A DNA stretch of 25,533 nt from an uncultured archaeon (GTDB taxonomy: Archaea; Asgardarchaeota; Lokiarchaeia; Sigyniarchaeales; SOKP01). The stretch is taken from positions 1-25,533 of the forward strand of contig CAYUTF010000044.1 of assembly GCA_964447495.1 (NCBI GenBank), in the 5' to 3' direction. The notes beneath the pieces are model-generated. The model worked only from the letters and a program-made list of their open reading frames with translations. It was not told the origin of the DNA and ran no database searches. Below, one piece after another: positions 17,238-25,533 of this stretch. Both the position numbers and the translations under genes were made by a program. Position 1 is the stretch's first letter, and each line of letters opens with the position of its first letter.

Positions 17238-18191
17238 TCAAACATTTCCAAATTTTACTACAATGGCATTATAAGGACATTGCTCTTTACACTTCATACA
17301 AAAATTGCATTCTCCTTTTCCTGTGTAAAATTCAAAGGGTTCATCTAAAATTCGAATTTGTTTCGGACACACTTTTTCACAAATTCCGCATTCCGCTCTT
17401 CCAACACACTTTACAGGATTGCGCGCAAGTTTTAAGAATGAATAATCAGATATCGCTGAAGCTACACCTGCAAAAGGACAAAAATATCTACAATAAAAAC
17501 GGGGATACCAAAGTGAAAGTGCAACAATCGAAATATAAAAAGCAAAAATAAAGAAACTTCCTAAATCACTAAAGAAAAGCAAATTTCCTGTTAATAAAAA
17601 TTCTCTAATCATATTTGGAAAGTAAACAAAAATAAATTCCGATAAAGAAAAAAATCCAACAGGTTTTTCAGCAAGTAATCCAAGTTGACTTTTAAGGTCC
17701 AAATAGAAGTAGACACTAGTATTTTTTGCTACACCTAAAGGGAATGCAATGATGATAATGATAATTACAATTACATACTTAATTTTAAGCAATGAATTAT
17801 GAGTTTCCGCCTTAAATCTTCTCTTTTTTGTAGGAATTGCTGTTAATAAATCTTGAATTGTCCCAATTGGGCACACCCATCCACAAAAAAACCGATTTGT
17901 GAATAATAAGACAATAAAGAATATACCAATTAAAAATGAGGGAAAGACACCTTCAGCAATACTATAAAAAATAATCTCTAATATCCCTGTTCCTCTCGAT
18001 AGTGGATTTCTTGGAGAATTTAAAATAGGTAGAATTTTAAAAATTCCTTCTAAACTAAGCAAATTTATAGAGAAAATGAATTCTAAAATAATATAATTAA
18101 TTAATAAGAATGCTAAAATTTGAATAACTCGTCTAGTGATTGTAATCGAATGATCTTTCAATTTAATATTAAGCAATTTCAAATAAAACAC
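17238..18191 (-). CDS. NapH/MauN-type membrane polyferredoxin (4Fe-4S binding protein)
   Basis: RFFCGWVCPIG and RFYCRYFCPF motifs in a TM protein; C-terminal CVGRAECGICEKVCP and CNFCMKCKEQCP. The start codon is uncertain. Confidence 0.85.
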   Translation of the reverse strand: MFYLKLLNIKLKDHSITITRRVIQILAFLLINYIILEFIFSINLLSLEGIFKILPILNSPRNPLSRGTGILEIIFYSIAEGVFPSFLIGIFFIVLLFTNRFFCGWVCPIGTIQDLLTAIPTKKRRFKAETHNSLLKIKYVIVIIIIIIAFPLGVAKNTSVYFYLDLKSQLGLLAEKPVGFFSLSEFIFVYFPNMIREFLLTGNLLFFSDLGSFFIFAFYISIVALSLWYPRFYCRYFCPFAGVASAISDYSFLKLARNPVKCVGRAECGICEKVCPKQIRILDEPFEFYTGKGECNFCMKCKEQCPYNAIVVKFGNV

Positions 18192-18341
18192 TTATACTTA
18201 TTTTAAATTAAATAATAATTATTGGTTAAAAAAAATTATTTTTCTATGAAAAATAAGAGCTTAGAAAAGAAAAAAAGAACTGATTAAATTAAATAATATA
18301 AAATGTTTATAAATAAGGTTAGAAAAATTAACCAATAAAAA

Positions 18342-20252
18342 TTATTTTAGGAGGATAGTCTCCATATTTTTAGGACTTTTAGTGGCTTTTCTTAATTTTT
18401 TATGAATCATGGTTGATAAGCTTACACACTTGCTTTCTTCTCCATGATTTGTAATAATTAATTTAGGTCGTGGTTGAATTCTTCGCAGAAATTGTGAAAT
18501 TTGGCTGCGAGATGAATGACCACTAAATCCTTCTAAAGTAAAGACATTAAGATTTAGCTTTACTAATTGGGTTCTCCCTCTACTATCAACAAACTGGAAT
18601 TCACGGAATCCTCTTTGTATTCGAGACCCTAAAGTACCGCTGACTTGGTAAGATACAAATATTAAGGCATTTTTCTTATCTTCCGCAAGTGCTCTAAGAT
18701 ATTGTACTGATGGCCCTCCAATAAGCATTCCACTTGTCGCCATAATTATACATGGACCTCCTGTTATCACATCTTGTCTTTCTTCTTGAGTACTAATCGT
18801 GGTAAAAAATTCGCTTAAAAATGGATTTTTACCTTGGTGTAGAATTTTTTCTCTTAAATCTATGCTTAAATAGTCTGGATGAGCGGTATGAATTGCAGTA
18901 GCTTCAGCAATGAGTCCATCCAAAAAAATTGGCACCTTATCAATTATGCCTTTTGAGATAAACTCTTCTAAAATAACGATCAATTCTTGAGCTCTGCCAA
19001 CTGCCAAAACAGGGATGAGTACTTTTCCACCGTTCTTAAGAGTTGAATTTAAGATTTGTTTAAGGTCTCTTTCAGAATCTTGTCTACTTGGTATTCTATC
19101 TTGAGGCCCTCCATATGTAGCTTCAATTAGTAGTGCTTCTACTCTTGGAAACTTCACTGCGGCCTTTTCTAATAATCTAGACTTTTGATATTTTAAATCT
19201 CCAGTATAAATGAAGTTGAATCCTCCCTTACCGAAATGAAGATGTACAATGGATGATCCTAAAATATGTCCCGAATTGTGAAGCGTTAATTTGATATCCG
19301 GAGCAATATCTGTGACTTTTCCCCATGAAAGAGGAATAGTATGGAGTACGGTACTTTTAACATCTCTACGTGAGTATGGGGGCGGAATTCCTTCTTTTTC
19401 GCAAATTTGAACAAAATCTAGTTGAAGCATTGTTGATAAATTACGAGTAGGCAATGTTGAGTAGACTGGACCCCGATAACCATATTTATATAAGAAAGGA
19501 ACCATTCCACAATGATCTAAATGGGCATGGGAAACAACCACCGCATCTAAATCTCTTAAAGAGAATTCTGGCAGTTCAAAATGAGGGAATCGATCATTAT
19601 TATTTCCTATATTAAGGCCAACATCAAGAAGTATATTACTATCTTTAGTCTGCATTAGTATACATGACCTTCCGACTTCTCTAAAACCTCCTAAACATGT
19701 TAATCTAATGTCGAGATCATTAAACAGAGTTGGTCTATGAATTCTTTTTCCTATTTTTAGTAATATATCCTTCTGATTCTGTCGTTCCTTTTTTAACATA
19801 TTTCTTATAAGTTGTATAGTTCTCGATGCAATAGGTGGAGTTCGAATTGTTTTTGGTTGCCAGAATGTGTTTGCGCGTATTTCTTTTAAATTTACTCCTT
19901 TTTTCCCTATCACCAATCCAGGTTTACCTGATTCTATAATAACTTCTCCTCGAGTGTGATCAAATTCGATAACAGTAATCTCCGCTTCTTCACCAACTAG
20001 GTTTTTTATATAAGCTTCTGTTTCAGATGGTTCTTTACGTTTATCTACATTCCATCGAAAAACAATTCTCTTTCTCATTGTTTTTGCTAAATCCTTAAGA
20101 ATTTCAGAACTTTCAATCACCTCCATATTTGAATTTTCTGAATATACCGCGATTTCAGGCCCTTCAAATTCGATTTTTTGTACTTTAATTTCAGGAGGTA
20201 AGTTTTGAATTATTTCATCCTTTATTCTTTGTAATTCTCCTTCAAAACTCAT
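18342..20252 (-). CDS. fttA: Archaeal CPSF1 / FttA: KH-domain beta-CASP ribonuclease, transcription termination factor
   Basis: N-terminal KH domains (EFEGPEI, KPGLVIGKKG), LGGFREVGRS, HAHLDH, GHILG, TGD, EATYG, GFSGH, HGE. Confidence 0.96.
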   Translation of the reverse strand: MSFEGELQRIKDEIIQNLPPEIKVQKIEFEGPEIAVYSENSNMEVIESSEILKDLAKTMRKRIVFRWNVDKRKEPSETEAYIKNLVGEEAEITVIEFDHTRGEVIIESGKPGLVIGKKGVNLKEIRANTFWQPKTIRTPPIASRTIQLIRNMLKKERQNQKDILLKIGKRIHRPTLFNDLDIRLTCLGGFREVGRSCILMQTKDSNILLDVGLNIGNNNDRFPHFELPEFSLRDLDAVVVSHAHLDHCGMVPFLYKYGYRGPVYSTLPTRNLSTMLQLDFVQICEKEGIPPPYSRRDVKSTVLHTIPLSWGKVTDIAPDIKLTLHNSGHILGSSIVHLHFGKGGFNFIYTGDLKYQKSRLLEKAAVKFPRVEALLIEATYGGPQDRIPSRQDSERDLKQILNSTLKNGGKVLIPVLAVGRAQELIVILEEFISKGIIDKVPIFLDGLIAEATAIHTAHPDYLSIDLREKILHQGKNPFLSEFFTTISTQEERQDVITGGPCIIMATSGMLIGGPSVQYLRALAEDKKNALIFVSYQVSGTLGSRIQRGFREFQFVDSRGRTQLVKLNLNVFTLEGFSGHSSRSQISQFLRRIQPRPKLIITNHGEESKCVSLSTMIHKKLRKATKSPKNMETILLK

Positions 20253-20656
20253 ATTTCTTCAATTTTATAAATTTTGTTTTAACTATGTAATAGTATTTAC
20301 TTAAATTTTGAATATCTATATTAGATTTTTAATAAAGGCATATAAATCTATTATTAGATTGAATAATTTTGACTTTATAATTGTTTGATCGTGTATATTA
20401 CAATTTTTTTTTAAATGCTGTTTTCAAATAAATAGAATATTATTCTCGTAAGTGGAATCTTTAAATTAAGATAAGAAATTTGAGAATGAATTATTTCTAA
20501 ATTCTATGTATTATATAAGTTAATCAAATAAAAATCTTATCATTATTAAAATAGAATAAATCAAGGGTTTTCATTATTCAATTTTTATAGTTCTTTCTCA
20601 AATTTAATAGAAAAAGATAAGTAAAATTTTTCTTAAAAAAAAAACTAGATGGAAAT

Positions 20657-21295
20657 ATGCAGAATATAAAAAAAATTGGAGCTATTGCCTCTGGAAGTGG
20701 TTCCAATTTTGAAGCAATAATAGAAGCCTGTGAGAAAGGAATTTTAAAAAGTAAAGCATCTGTAGAGGTTTTGATTTGCAATAAACCTGGTGCTTATTGT
20801 ATGGAACGAGCTAAAAACCATAATATTCCATTTGTTTTGCTAGAATCTGATAAATATCTTGATCGTCCACGAGAAGAATTTGATAATAAAATGATTGATA
20901 TTTTAAAGAGATATAGTTGTGATTTAATTGTCCTTGTTGGGTATATGCGATTAGTAAGCCAAAATTTTATTAAATCGTTTAACGGAAACGTAATGAACAT
21001 TCACCCCGCATTACTCCCTGCTTTTAAAGGAATGCATGCCCATAAAGATGTGTTAGAATATGGAGTAAAGGTTTCAGGGTGTACCGTCCATTTTGTCGAT
21101 AATATAGCAGATCACGGTCCGATCATAATTCAAAAGTGTGTTCCTGTATATGATACAGATACTGAAAGTACCTTAGGAGGGAGAGTATTAGCTTGGGAAC
21201 ATAAAATTTTTCCCAAAGCAATAGAATTATTTTGCGACGATCGTTTGCATGTCATTGAAAGAATTGTAGTAATTGATGGAGAGGTTAAACTTTAA
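20657..21295 (+). CDS. purN: Phosphoribosylglycinamide formyltransferase
   Basis: ASGSGSN, GYMR, NIHPALLP, GCTVHFV, DHGPII. Confidence 0.95.
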   Translation: MQNIKKIGAIASGSGSNFEAIIEACEKGILKSKASVEVLICNKPGAYCMERAKNHNIPFVLLESDKYLDRPREEFDNKMIDILKRYSCDLIVLVGYMRLVSQNFIKSFNGNVMNIHPALLPAFKGMHAHKDVLEYGVKVSGCTVHFVDNIADHGPIIIQKCVPVYDTDTESTLGGRVLAWEHKIFPKAIELFCDDRLHVIERIVVIDGEVKL

Positions 21296-21316
21296 TACAG
21301 AAAAAGATTATATTAT

Positions 21317-21419
21317 GCGGGAAATGATTTCATTGAAAACTCTGACCCACCTGAAATTTGCGGATTCATCCTCAATTTAATGAAGAAGATCTTGAGTAAT
21401 GAGATAATTCATTTCCCGC
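21317..21419. ncRNA. Candidate structured RNA between purN and the EF-2 paralog
   Basis: Perfect 11-bp terminal stem GCGGGAAATGA/TCATTTCCCGC, continued by TTTCATT/AATGAGA (one G-U on +) and ACTC/GAGT, enclosing a region that can form further hairpins. Confidence 0.55.
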
Positions 21420-21510
21420 TCTTATTTCAATTAACTAATACTAAAATTTTAATCAAAAGCACCATTGAAATTTATATTATCACAATAATTTATCATATGA
21501 AGAAAGGATC

Positions 21511-23697
21511 ATGCCCCGACGTGAAATAGCCGAAATTCTTAAATTAATGGAAAATACCAAAAATATCAGAAATATTGGTTTAGTTGGCCATATTGATCAT
21601 GGAAAAACTACTTTAAGTGATTCTCTTTTAAGTGAAGCAGGTTTACTTTCTCCCGATTTGGCTGGTGAAGCAAGAGCCCTTGATTATTTAGAAGAAGAGC
21701 AAAAAAGGGGAATTACAATGAAATCAACAAATATTTCTTTATATTACGAGAAGTCATTAGAAGGACACGAACCTTTTCTTATTAACTTAGTAGATACTCC
21801 TGGCCATTTAGATTTTAGTGGTAAGGTTACTAGAGCACTTCGCTTGATAGATGGGGTTATTGTAGTCGTTGATGCTGTTGAGGAGATTATTGCCCAATCT
21901 GAGACTGTTATTAAACAAGCACTTCAAGATGGAGTAAAACCTGTGTTATTCATCAATAAAATTGACCGTTTAATAAGAGAATTAAAACTCTCAGATGACA
22001 AGATTAAAGAAAAATATACACGGATAATTAATGATTTTAATACACTTATTCAGCGATTTGCTGATCCTCCTTATGACAAAGAATGGCAAGTATCTCCTAT
22101 TAATGGAAATGTTGCTTTTGGTTCAGCACTCCATAAATGGGGCTTTACACTGAAAATTCTTGAAAAAAATGACTTAAAATTTGCTGATATTCGAGCAAGA
22201 TATAAGAAAGAGACATATACCAAAGAAACTTATGCTGATTTAGCGGTTTATTTCCCAATCCATAATGCGATATTAGAAATGGTTGTAGATCATCTTCCCA
22301 ATCCAATAATTGCACAAGAATATAGAATCAGTAAAATTTGGGATGGAGAGTTATCTTCAAAAATAGGAGATGCTATGATACATTGCGATCCCCACGGACC
22401 GCTCGTAATATGTATGAGTAAAGTTCAAGCAGATAAACATGATTTAGTTGCAACTGGTAGAATATTTTCAGGAAAATGTGCAAAGAAGGATGTTATTTAT
22501 CTCCTAAGAGAAAATGAAGAAGGTATTATACAAAGATTATCCATATTTATGGGACAAAGACGGGAGCAAGTACAAAATATCCCTGTGGGAAATATTGTTG
22601 CAATTGAAGGGTTAAAAAGAATAAAAAGTGGAGAAACAATTGTAGAAAAGGGATACCAAACAGAAATGTTGCCCTTTGAATATGTAAAATATGTCTCTAC
22701 TCCGGTGGTAACCGTTTCCATTGAACCCGAATATTTACGAGATTTAGAAAAAATGAAAGGGCTTGTAGAAAACTTATTAATCGAGGATCCGAACCTGAAT
22801 TTTGAAATCAATGAAGAAAATGGAGAATTCCTTTTATCAGGCATGGGTCCTTTACACTTAGAAATAAGCACTAATGAAATAGCAAAGAGAGGTGTTAACG
22901 TCTCTGTATCACCACCTAGACCTGTCTTTAAGGAATCTTGCAGGTTTTCCTCAAATCTAGTTAGTGTAAGGACTCAAAATAATCAAAATTCTCTTAACAT
23001 CAGAGTTCAAAGATTAGATCATGATACTGCACTTGAAATCCACAAAATTAATGTTATTAATGGTTATTCAAATGTTAAATTGATAGATTTGATGATCCAC
23101 AATGGTGTTCTTGCAATGGAGGACATGGATAAAATTTGGAACATTGATAATAATCAAAATATTTTTATCTTTAGAGGAAGTTCTCTTATTGAAGAGTTAT
23201 ACAAAAATCTCATTTTAGAGATAATTGGTAAGATACAACTTAGTGGACCACTCTGTGGAGAAAAACTTACTGAAATCATGATAACTATTGAGGGTCTCAT
23301 AATTAATAATCTAAATGAAGAAACTGCGTTTACAGAATTATCAAGTATGTTCTATGATGGGATTAAGAAGGCTCTTTTGGAAGCGGAATTAATTTTATTG
23401 GAACCTATCTATCATACGATTATCCAGTTACCTCCAAATTATATAAAAAGTACGCTATCTCTCTTATCTAAAAATTCCGCTAAAATAAATAAGGTTAACC
23501 AAGAAAAAGAATATCAAGCTACAATCGATATATTAATGCCTGTAAGGAATTCTATTAAATTCGCTGAAGAAATCCGATCAACTACTTCAGGTAAAGCTTT
23601 TTGGCAAAATGAGTTTTATGCGTTTATGGAAGTGCCGAGTAGTGAAGCAAAACAAATTATTAGTGATTTACGATTTAAAAAAGGCTTATCCTGGTAA
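21511..23697 (+). CDS. Archaeal elongation factor 2 paralog (aEF-2p-like) lacking the diphthamide His loop
   Basis: Intact G motifs GHIDHGKTT, RGITM, DTPGH, NKID, GSAL; EDP, SGMGPLHLEI, GPLCGE, LLEP, IRSTTSGKA. The domain IV loop reads NNLNEETAFTEL instead of the H..HRG of canonical aEF-2. Confidence 0.9.
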   Translation: MPRREIAEILKLMENTKNIRNIGLVGHIDHGKTTLSDSLLSEAGLLSPDLAGEARALDYLEEEQKRGITMKSTNISLYYEKSLEGHEPFLINLVDTPGHLDFSGKVTRALRLIDGVIVVVDAVEEIIAQSETVIKQALQDGVKPVLFINKIDRLIRELKLSDDKIKEKYTRIINDFNTLIQRFADPPYDKEWQVSPINGNVAFGSALHKWGFTLKILEKNDLKFADIRARYKKETYTKETYADLAVYFPIHNAILEMVVDHLPNPIIAQEYRISKIWDGELSSKIGDAMIHCDPHGPLVICMSKVQADKHDLVATGRIFSGKCAKKDVIYLLRENEEGIIQRLSIFMGQRREQVQNIPVGNIVAIEGLKRIKSGETIVEKGYQTEMLPFEYVKYVSTPVVTVSIEPEYLRDLEKMKGLVENLLIEDPNLNFEINEENGEFLLSGMGPLHLEISTNEIAKRGVNVSVSPPRPVFKESCRFSSNLVSVRTQNNQNSLNIRVQRLDHDTALEIHKINVINGYSNVKLIDLMIHNGVLAMEDMDKIWNIDNNQNIFIFRGSSLIEELYKNLILEIIGKIQLSGPLCGEKLTEIMITIEGLIINNLNEETAFTELSSMFYDGIKKALLEAELILLEPIYHTIIQLPPNYIKSTLSLLSKNSAKINKVNQEKEYQATIDILMPVRNSIKFAEEIRSTTSGKAFWQNEFYAFMEVPSSEAKQIISDLRFKKGLSW

Positions 23698-23709
23698 TAA
23701 TAAAGAGAA

Positions 23710-23811
23710 TGCGCCCGCCGGGATTTTCAGCCAAATGTGGAAACCACATTGACCTTTGAACCCGGGACGCTGGCTTGGGAAGCCAGCATATTACCCCTAT
23801 ACTACGAGCGC
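23710..23811 (-). tRNA. tRNA-Gly, anticodon CCC, with a 31-nt intron in the T loop
   Basis: Acceptor GCGCTCG/CGGGCGC-A, anticodon arm CTGGC-TTCCCAA-GCCAG, T stem CCGGG/CCCGG. Removing 31 nt restores the T loop TTCAAAT and a 71-nt tRNA. Confidence 0.92.
23724..23754 (-). other. Non-canonical tRNA intron at position 59/60 with bulge-helix-bulge motif
   Basis: Central 4-bp helix TTCA/TGAA with 3-nt bulges AAG and AAT, flanked by the T stem and the intron stem GTCAA/TTGGC plus TGTGG/CCACA. Confidence 0.88.
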
Positions 23812-24019
23812 GTATTTAAATAATAAAATCTAAATGAATATAATTTAAAGATATAAATAAAATTTTTTTTAATTTAAAAATAGGCAATCCTAATTTGTTA
23901 CACATCTATGAATATGACTATTTGAAATCAATTGAGGGGACGAAGTATAGGTTCTAAATTCAAAATTAGGTCAAGTAAGGATTGGATAACCTTTTAATAA
24001 CTCCATTAAATAAATCCAT

Positions 24020-24634
24020 ATGAGCAATAATGGTAGGTATTTTGAAAAACTATTAAATTTTATTCCAGGAGGTATTTTTGGTTTACTTACTGTATCTTTT
24101 GCTTTAATTGGTATCAATACTGCTCTATTCTCATTTCCGGGATATAGCATCTTATCTTATGACGTAAGCTATTTAGCAGCAGGACCGATGGGAATAATAT
24201 TTAATCTTGGTTTAATATTTTCGGGAATAACTGTTATTCCTTTTAATTTTTATATGAGTAAAATTATTGTATATGATCACATAAATCTTAAATTGAGAAA
24301 GGTTGCTCTCTCACTATCTATAGTTTCTAGTATAACCTTATCATTGATAGGTTTTTTTCCAGTTTTAACCGATAATATTCTTATCCTCCTAATTCATGGA
24401 ATATTAGCTTTAGTTACTTTTCTTGGAGTGACCATTTATTGCGTCCTATATGGGATATTTTTTTTAAAAAATTCAAAATTTACTCTTGTTCATGTATTAT
24501 TGAGTTTCTTAGTTTCAATTATTTTCATTTTTTATTTTACGAATAGATGGTCGATTATTGAATGGTTTGGTGTCTTTAGTATACTAATATGGATTACTTA
24601 CAATGCGATTTTTGCGTTGCTTAAGAAATATTAA
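24020..24634 (+). CDS. DUF998/Frag1-DRAM-like multi-pass membrane protein
   Basis: FPGYSIL...VSYLA, IFNLGLI, IGFFP, IHGILA and IEW pattern; 5-6 TM segments. Confidence 0.7.
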   Translation: MSNNGRYFEKLLNFIPGGIFGLLTVSFALIGINTALFSFPGYSILSYDVSYLAAGPMGIIFNLGLIFSGITVIPFNFYMSKIIVYDHINLKLRKVALSLSIVSSITLSLIGFFPVLTDNILILLIHGILALVTFLGVTIYCVLYGIFFLKNSKFTLVHVLLSFLVSIIFIFYFTNRWSIIEWFGVFSILIWITYNAIFALLKKY

Positions 24635-24718
24635 AATTTAATTTCAAACCTTACCAAAAAATTATATAAATTAGGAGAGAAAATAAAATAATAAGATAAC
24701 TAGTCTTTTCTTAGTATC

Positions 24719-25393
24719 ATGAATTTATCAAAATTAGATTATGAAAAAAGACTTCAAATCTCTAAAGAGGATGTCTTAATTATAGTTGATATGCAATATG
24801 ATTTCATGCCCGGAGGAGCTTTACCTGTAGAAAAAGGAGATGAGATCATCAGTGATATTAATGCTATGGCTAAAAAATTTAAAAATAATTTAGCAAAAAT
24901 TATATTAACTCAAGATTGGCATCCACAAGACCATTTATCATTTGCAAGTAATCATCCTGGAAAGAATCCAGGGGACCAATATCAAACAGAAGCGATTGGC
25001 CCGGTGTTATGGCCAGATCATTGTGTACAAGGCACAAAAGGCGCAAGGTTTCATGAGGATTTGAATGTAAATCTTGCTCATGGCATACTTAGAAAAGGGT
25101 ACAATCCAAAGATAGATAGTTATTCTGGTTTTCTTGAAAATGATAAAAAGTCAGAAACAGGATTAGCTGGTTTATTAAAATCACTAAATGTCAAAAGAAT
25201 CTTTATTTGCGGATTAGCTTTAGATTACTGTTGCTTCGCAACTGCTATGGATGGGGTAGATTTCGGTTTTCAAGTATACTTTTTGGCAGATTTAACTAAA
25301 GGGATTGATCTACCTCCTGGAAATATAGCAAATTCGTTAGAATCTATGTCCAAAAAGGGCATTAAATTTGTAAATAAAAATAGCATCCTATAA
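24719..25393 (+). CDS. pncA: Nicotinamidase/pyrazinamidase
   Basis: VDMQYDFMPGGAL, TQDWHP, WPDHCVQGT, KG...DSYSGF, GLALDYC catalytic Asp-Lys-Cys set. Confidence 0.95.
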   Translation: MNLSKLDYEKRLQISKEDVLIIVDMQYDFMPGGALPVEKGDEIISDINAMAKKFKNNLAKIILTQDWHPQDHLSFASNHPGKNPGDQYQTEAIGPVLWPDHCVQGTKGARFHEDLNVNLAHGILRKGYNPKIDSYSGFLENDKKSETGLAGLLKSLNVKRIFICGLALDYCCFATAMDGVDFGFQVYFLADLTKGIDLPPGNIANSLESMSKKGIKFVNKNSIL

Positions 25394-25531
25394 TTTTATT
25401 TTTCTTAATTTGAAAGTTTTAAAAAAAGGCTTCATTACATTATCTAACATTTCAGCTCTTTTAATATCTCTATTAAAACAAAAATAACTAAAATGAAATT
25501 CCCGTATAAAGATATCTTGGTTGTTTGTAGT
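25388..25531 (-). CDS. Possible 3' end of a convergent gene entering from the right edge
   Basis: Open minus frame TTNNQDIFIREFHFSYFCFNRDIKRAEMLDNVMKPFFKTFKLRKIKL* with the stop overlapping the pncA end; no motif. Confidence 0.35.
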   Translation of the reverse strand, partial: TTNNQDIFIREFHFSYFCFNRDIKRAEMLDNVMKPFFKTFKLRKIKL

Positions 25532-25533
25532 GT

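Noticed and set aside
20253-20656. 404-bp AT-rich spacer as CRISPR array or replication origin
   Set aside because: No regularly spaced repeats or ORB-like boxes were seen; it is consistent with a divergent promoter region for fttA and purN.
21315-21380. 21-codon ORF MREMISLKTLTHLKFADSSSI as a leader peptide
   Set aside because: No SD or telling composition; the base-pairing explains the region better.
21317-21419. Assignment as 5S rRNA, purine/ZTP riboswitch, canonical C/D guide or BHB substrate
   Set aside because: It lacks the conserved sequences of those families. The boxes are not in C-D'-C'-D order, and the bulges are 4 nt around a 7-bp helix rather than 3 nt around 4 bp.
4057-22871. 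Other shadow ORFs (4057..4308, 9832..10077, 11482..11802, 12877..13065, 20578..20781, 20794..21000, 22497..22871)
   Set aside because: They lie opposite well-supported genes and have no independent coding signal.
23904-23952. Eukaryote-like SECIS (AUGA...GA core) or degenerate hammerhead (GGACGAA)
   Set aside because: Helix II would be short and mostly G-U, no neighbouring gene has an in-frame UGA, and the hammerhead CUGANGA and GAAA cores are not intact.

Overview
AT-rich archaeal window, most consistent with an Asgard (Lokiarchaeia-like) genome. This is an inference from aCPSF1/FttA, an EF-2 paralog lacking the diphthamide HRG loop, a BHB-type tRNA intron and a UFL1/PCI-like winged-helix protein. 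Left end: a ~4 kb cassette holds an orphan 204-aa gene and an 879-aa Zn-finger/HTH/HNH-like gene. It lies between an intact L-fucose/L-arabinose isomerase-family gene and a second, 5'-truncated, mostly synonymously diverged copy of that gene's 3' part. The two copies share a 25-bp identical core, so this is a candidate integrase-less element that inserts into a protein-coding gene and repairs it with its own allele of the 3' half. It is followed by a GT87-methyltransferase-GT87-GT4 glycosylation cluster, a CcdA/DsbD_2-like membrane protein, and a 789-aa Zn-finger + 5x winged-helix + Ig/platform (appendage-like) protein. Further right are a NikR-like regulator, a Cys-rich Fe-S protein, a parvulin, tRNA-Gln(CTG) with an unusual C33, an OB-fold protein, a dGTPase-like HD protein, a NapH-like polyferredoxin, aCPSF1, purN, the EF-2 paralog, tRNA-Gly(CCC) with a 31-nt T-loop intron, a DUF998-like membrane protein and pncA. 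Three intergenic ~100-nt fold-back elements are candidate ncRNAs. All family calls come from motif recognition by eye; no searches were run.
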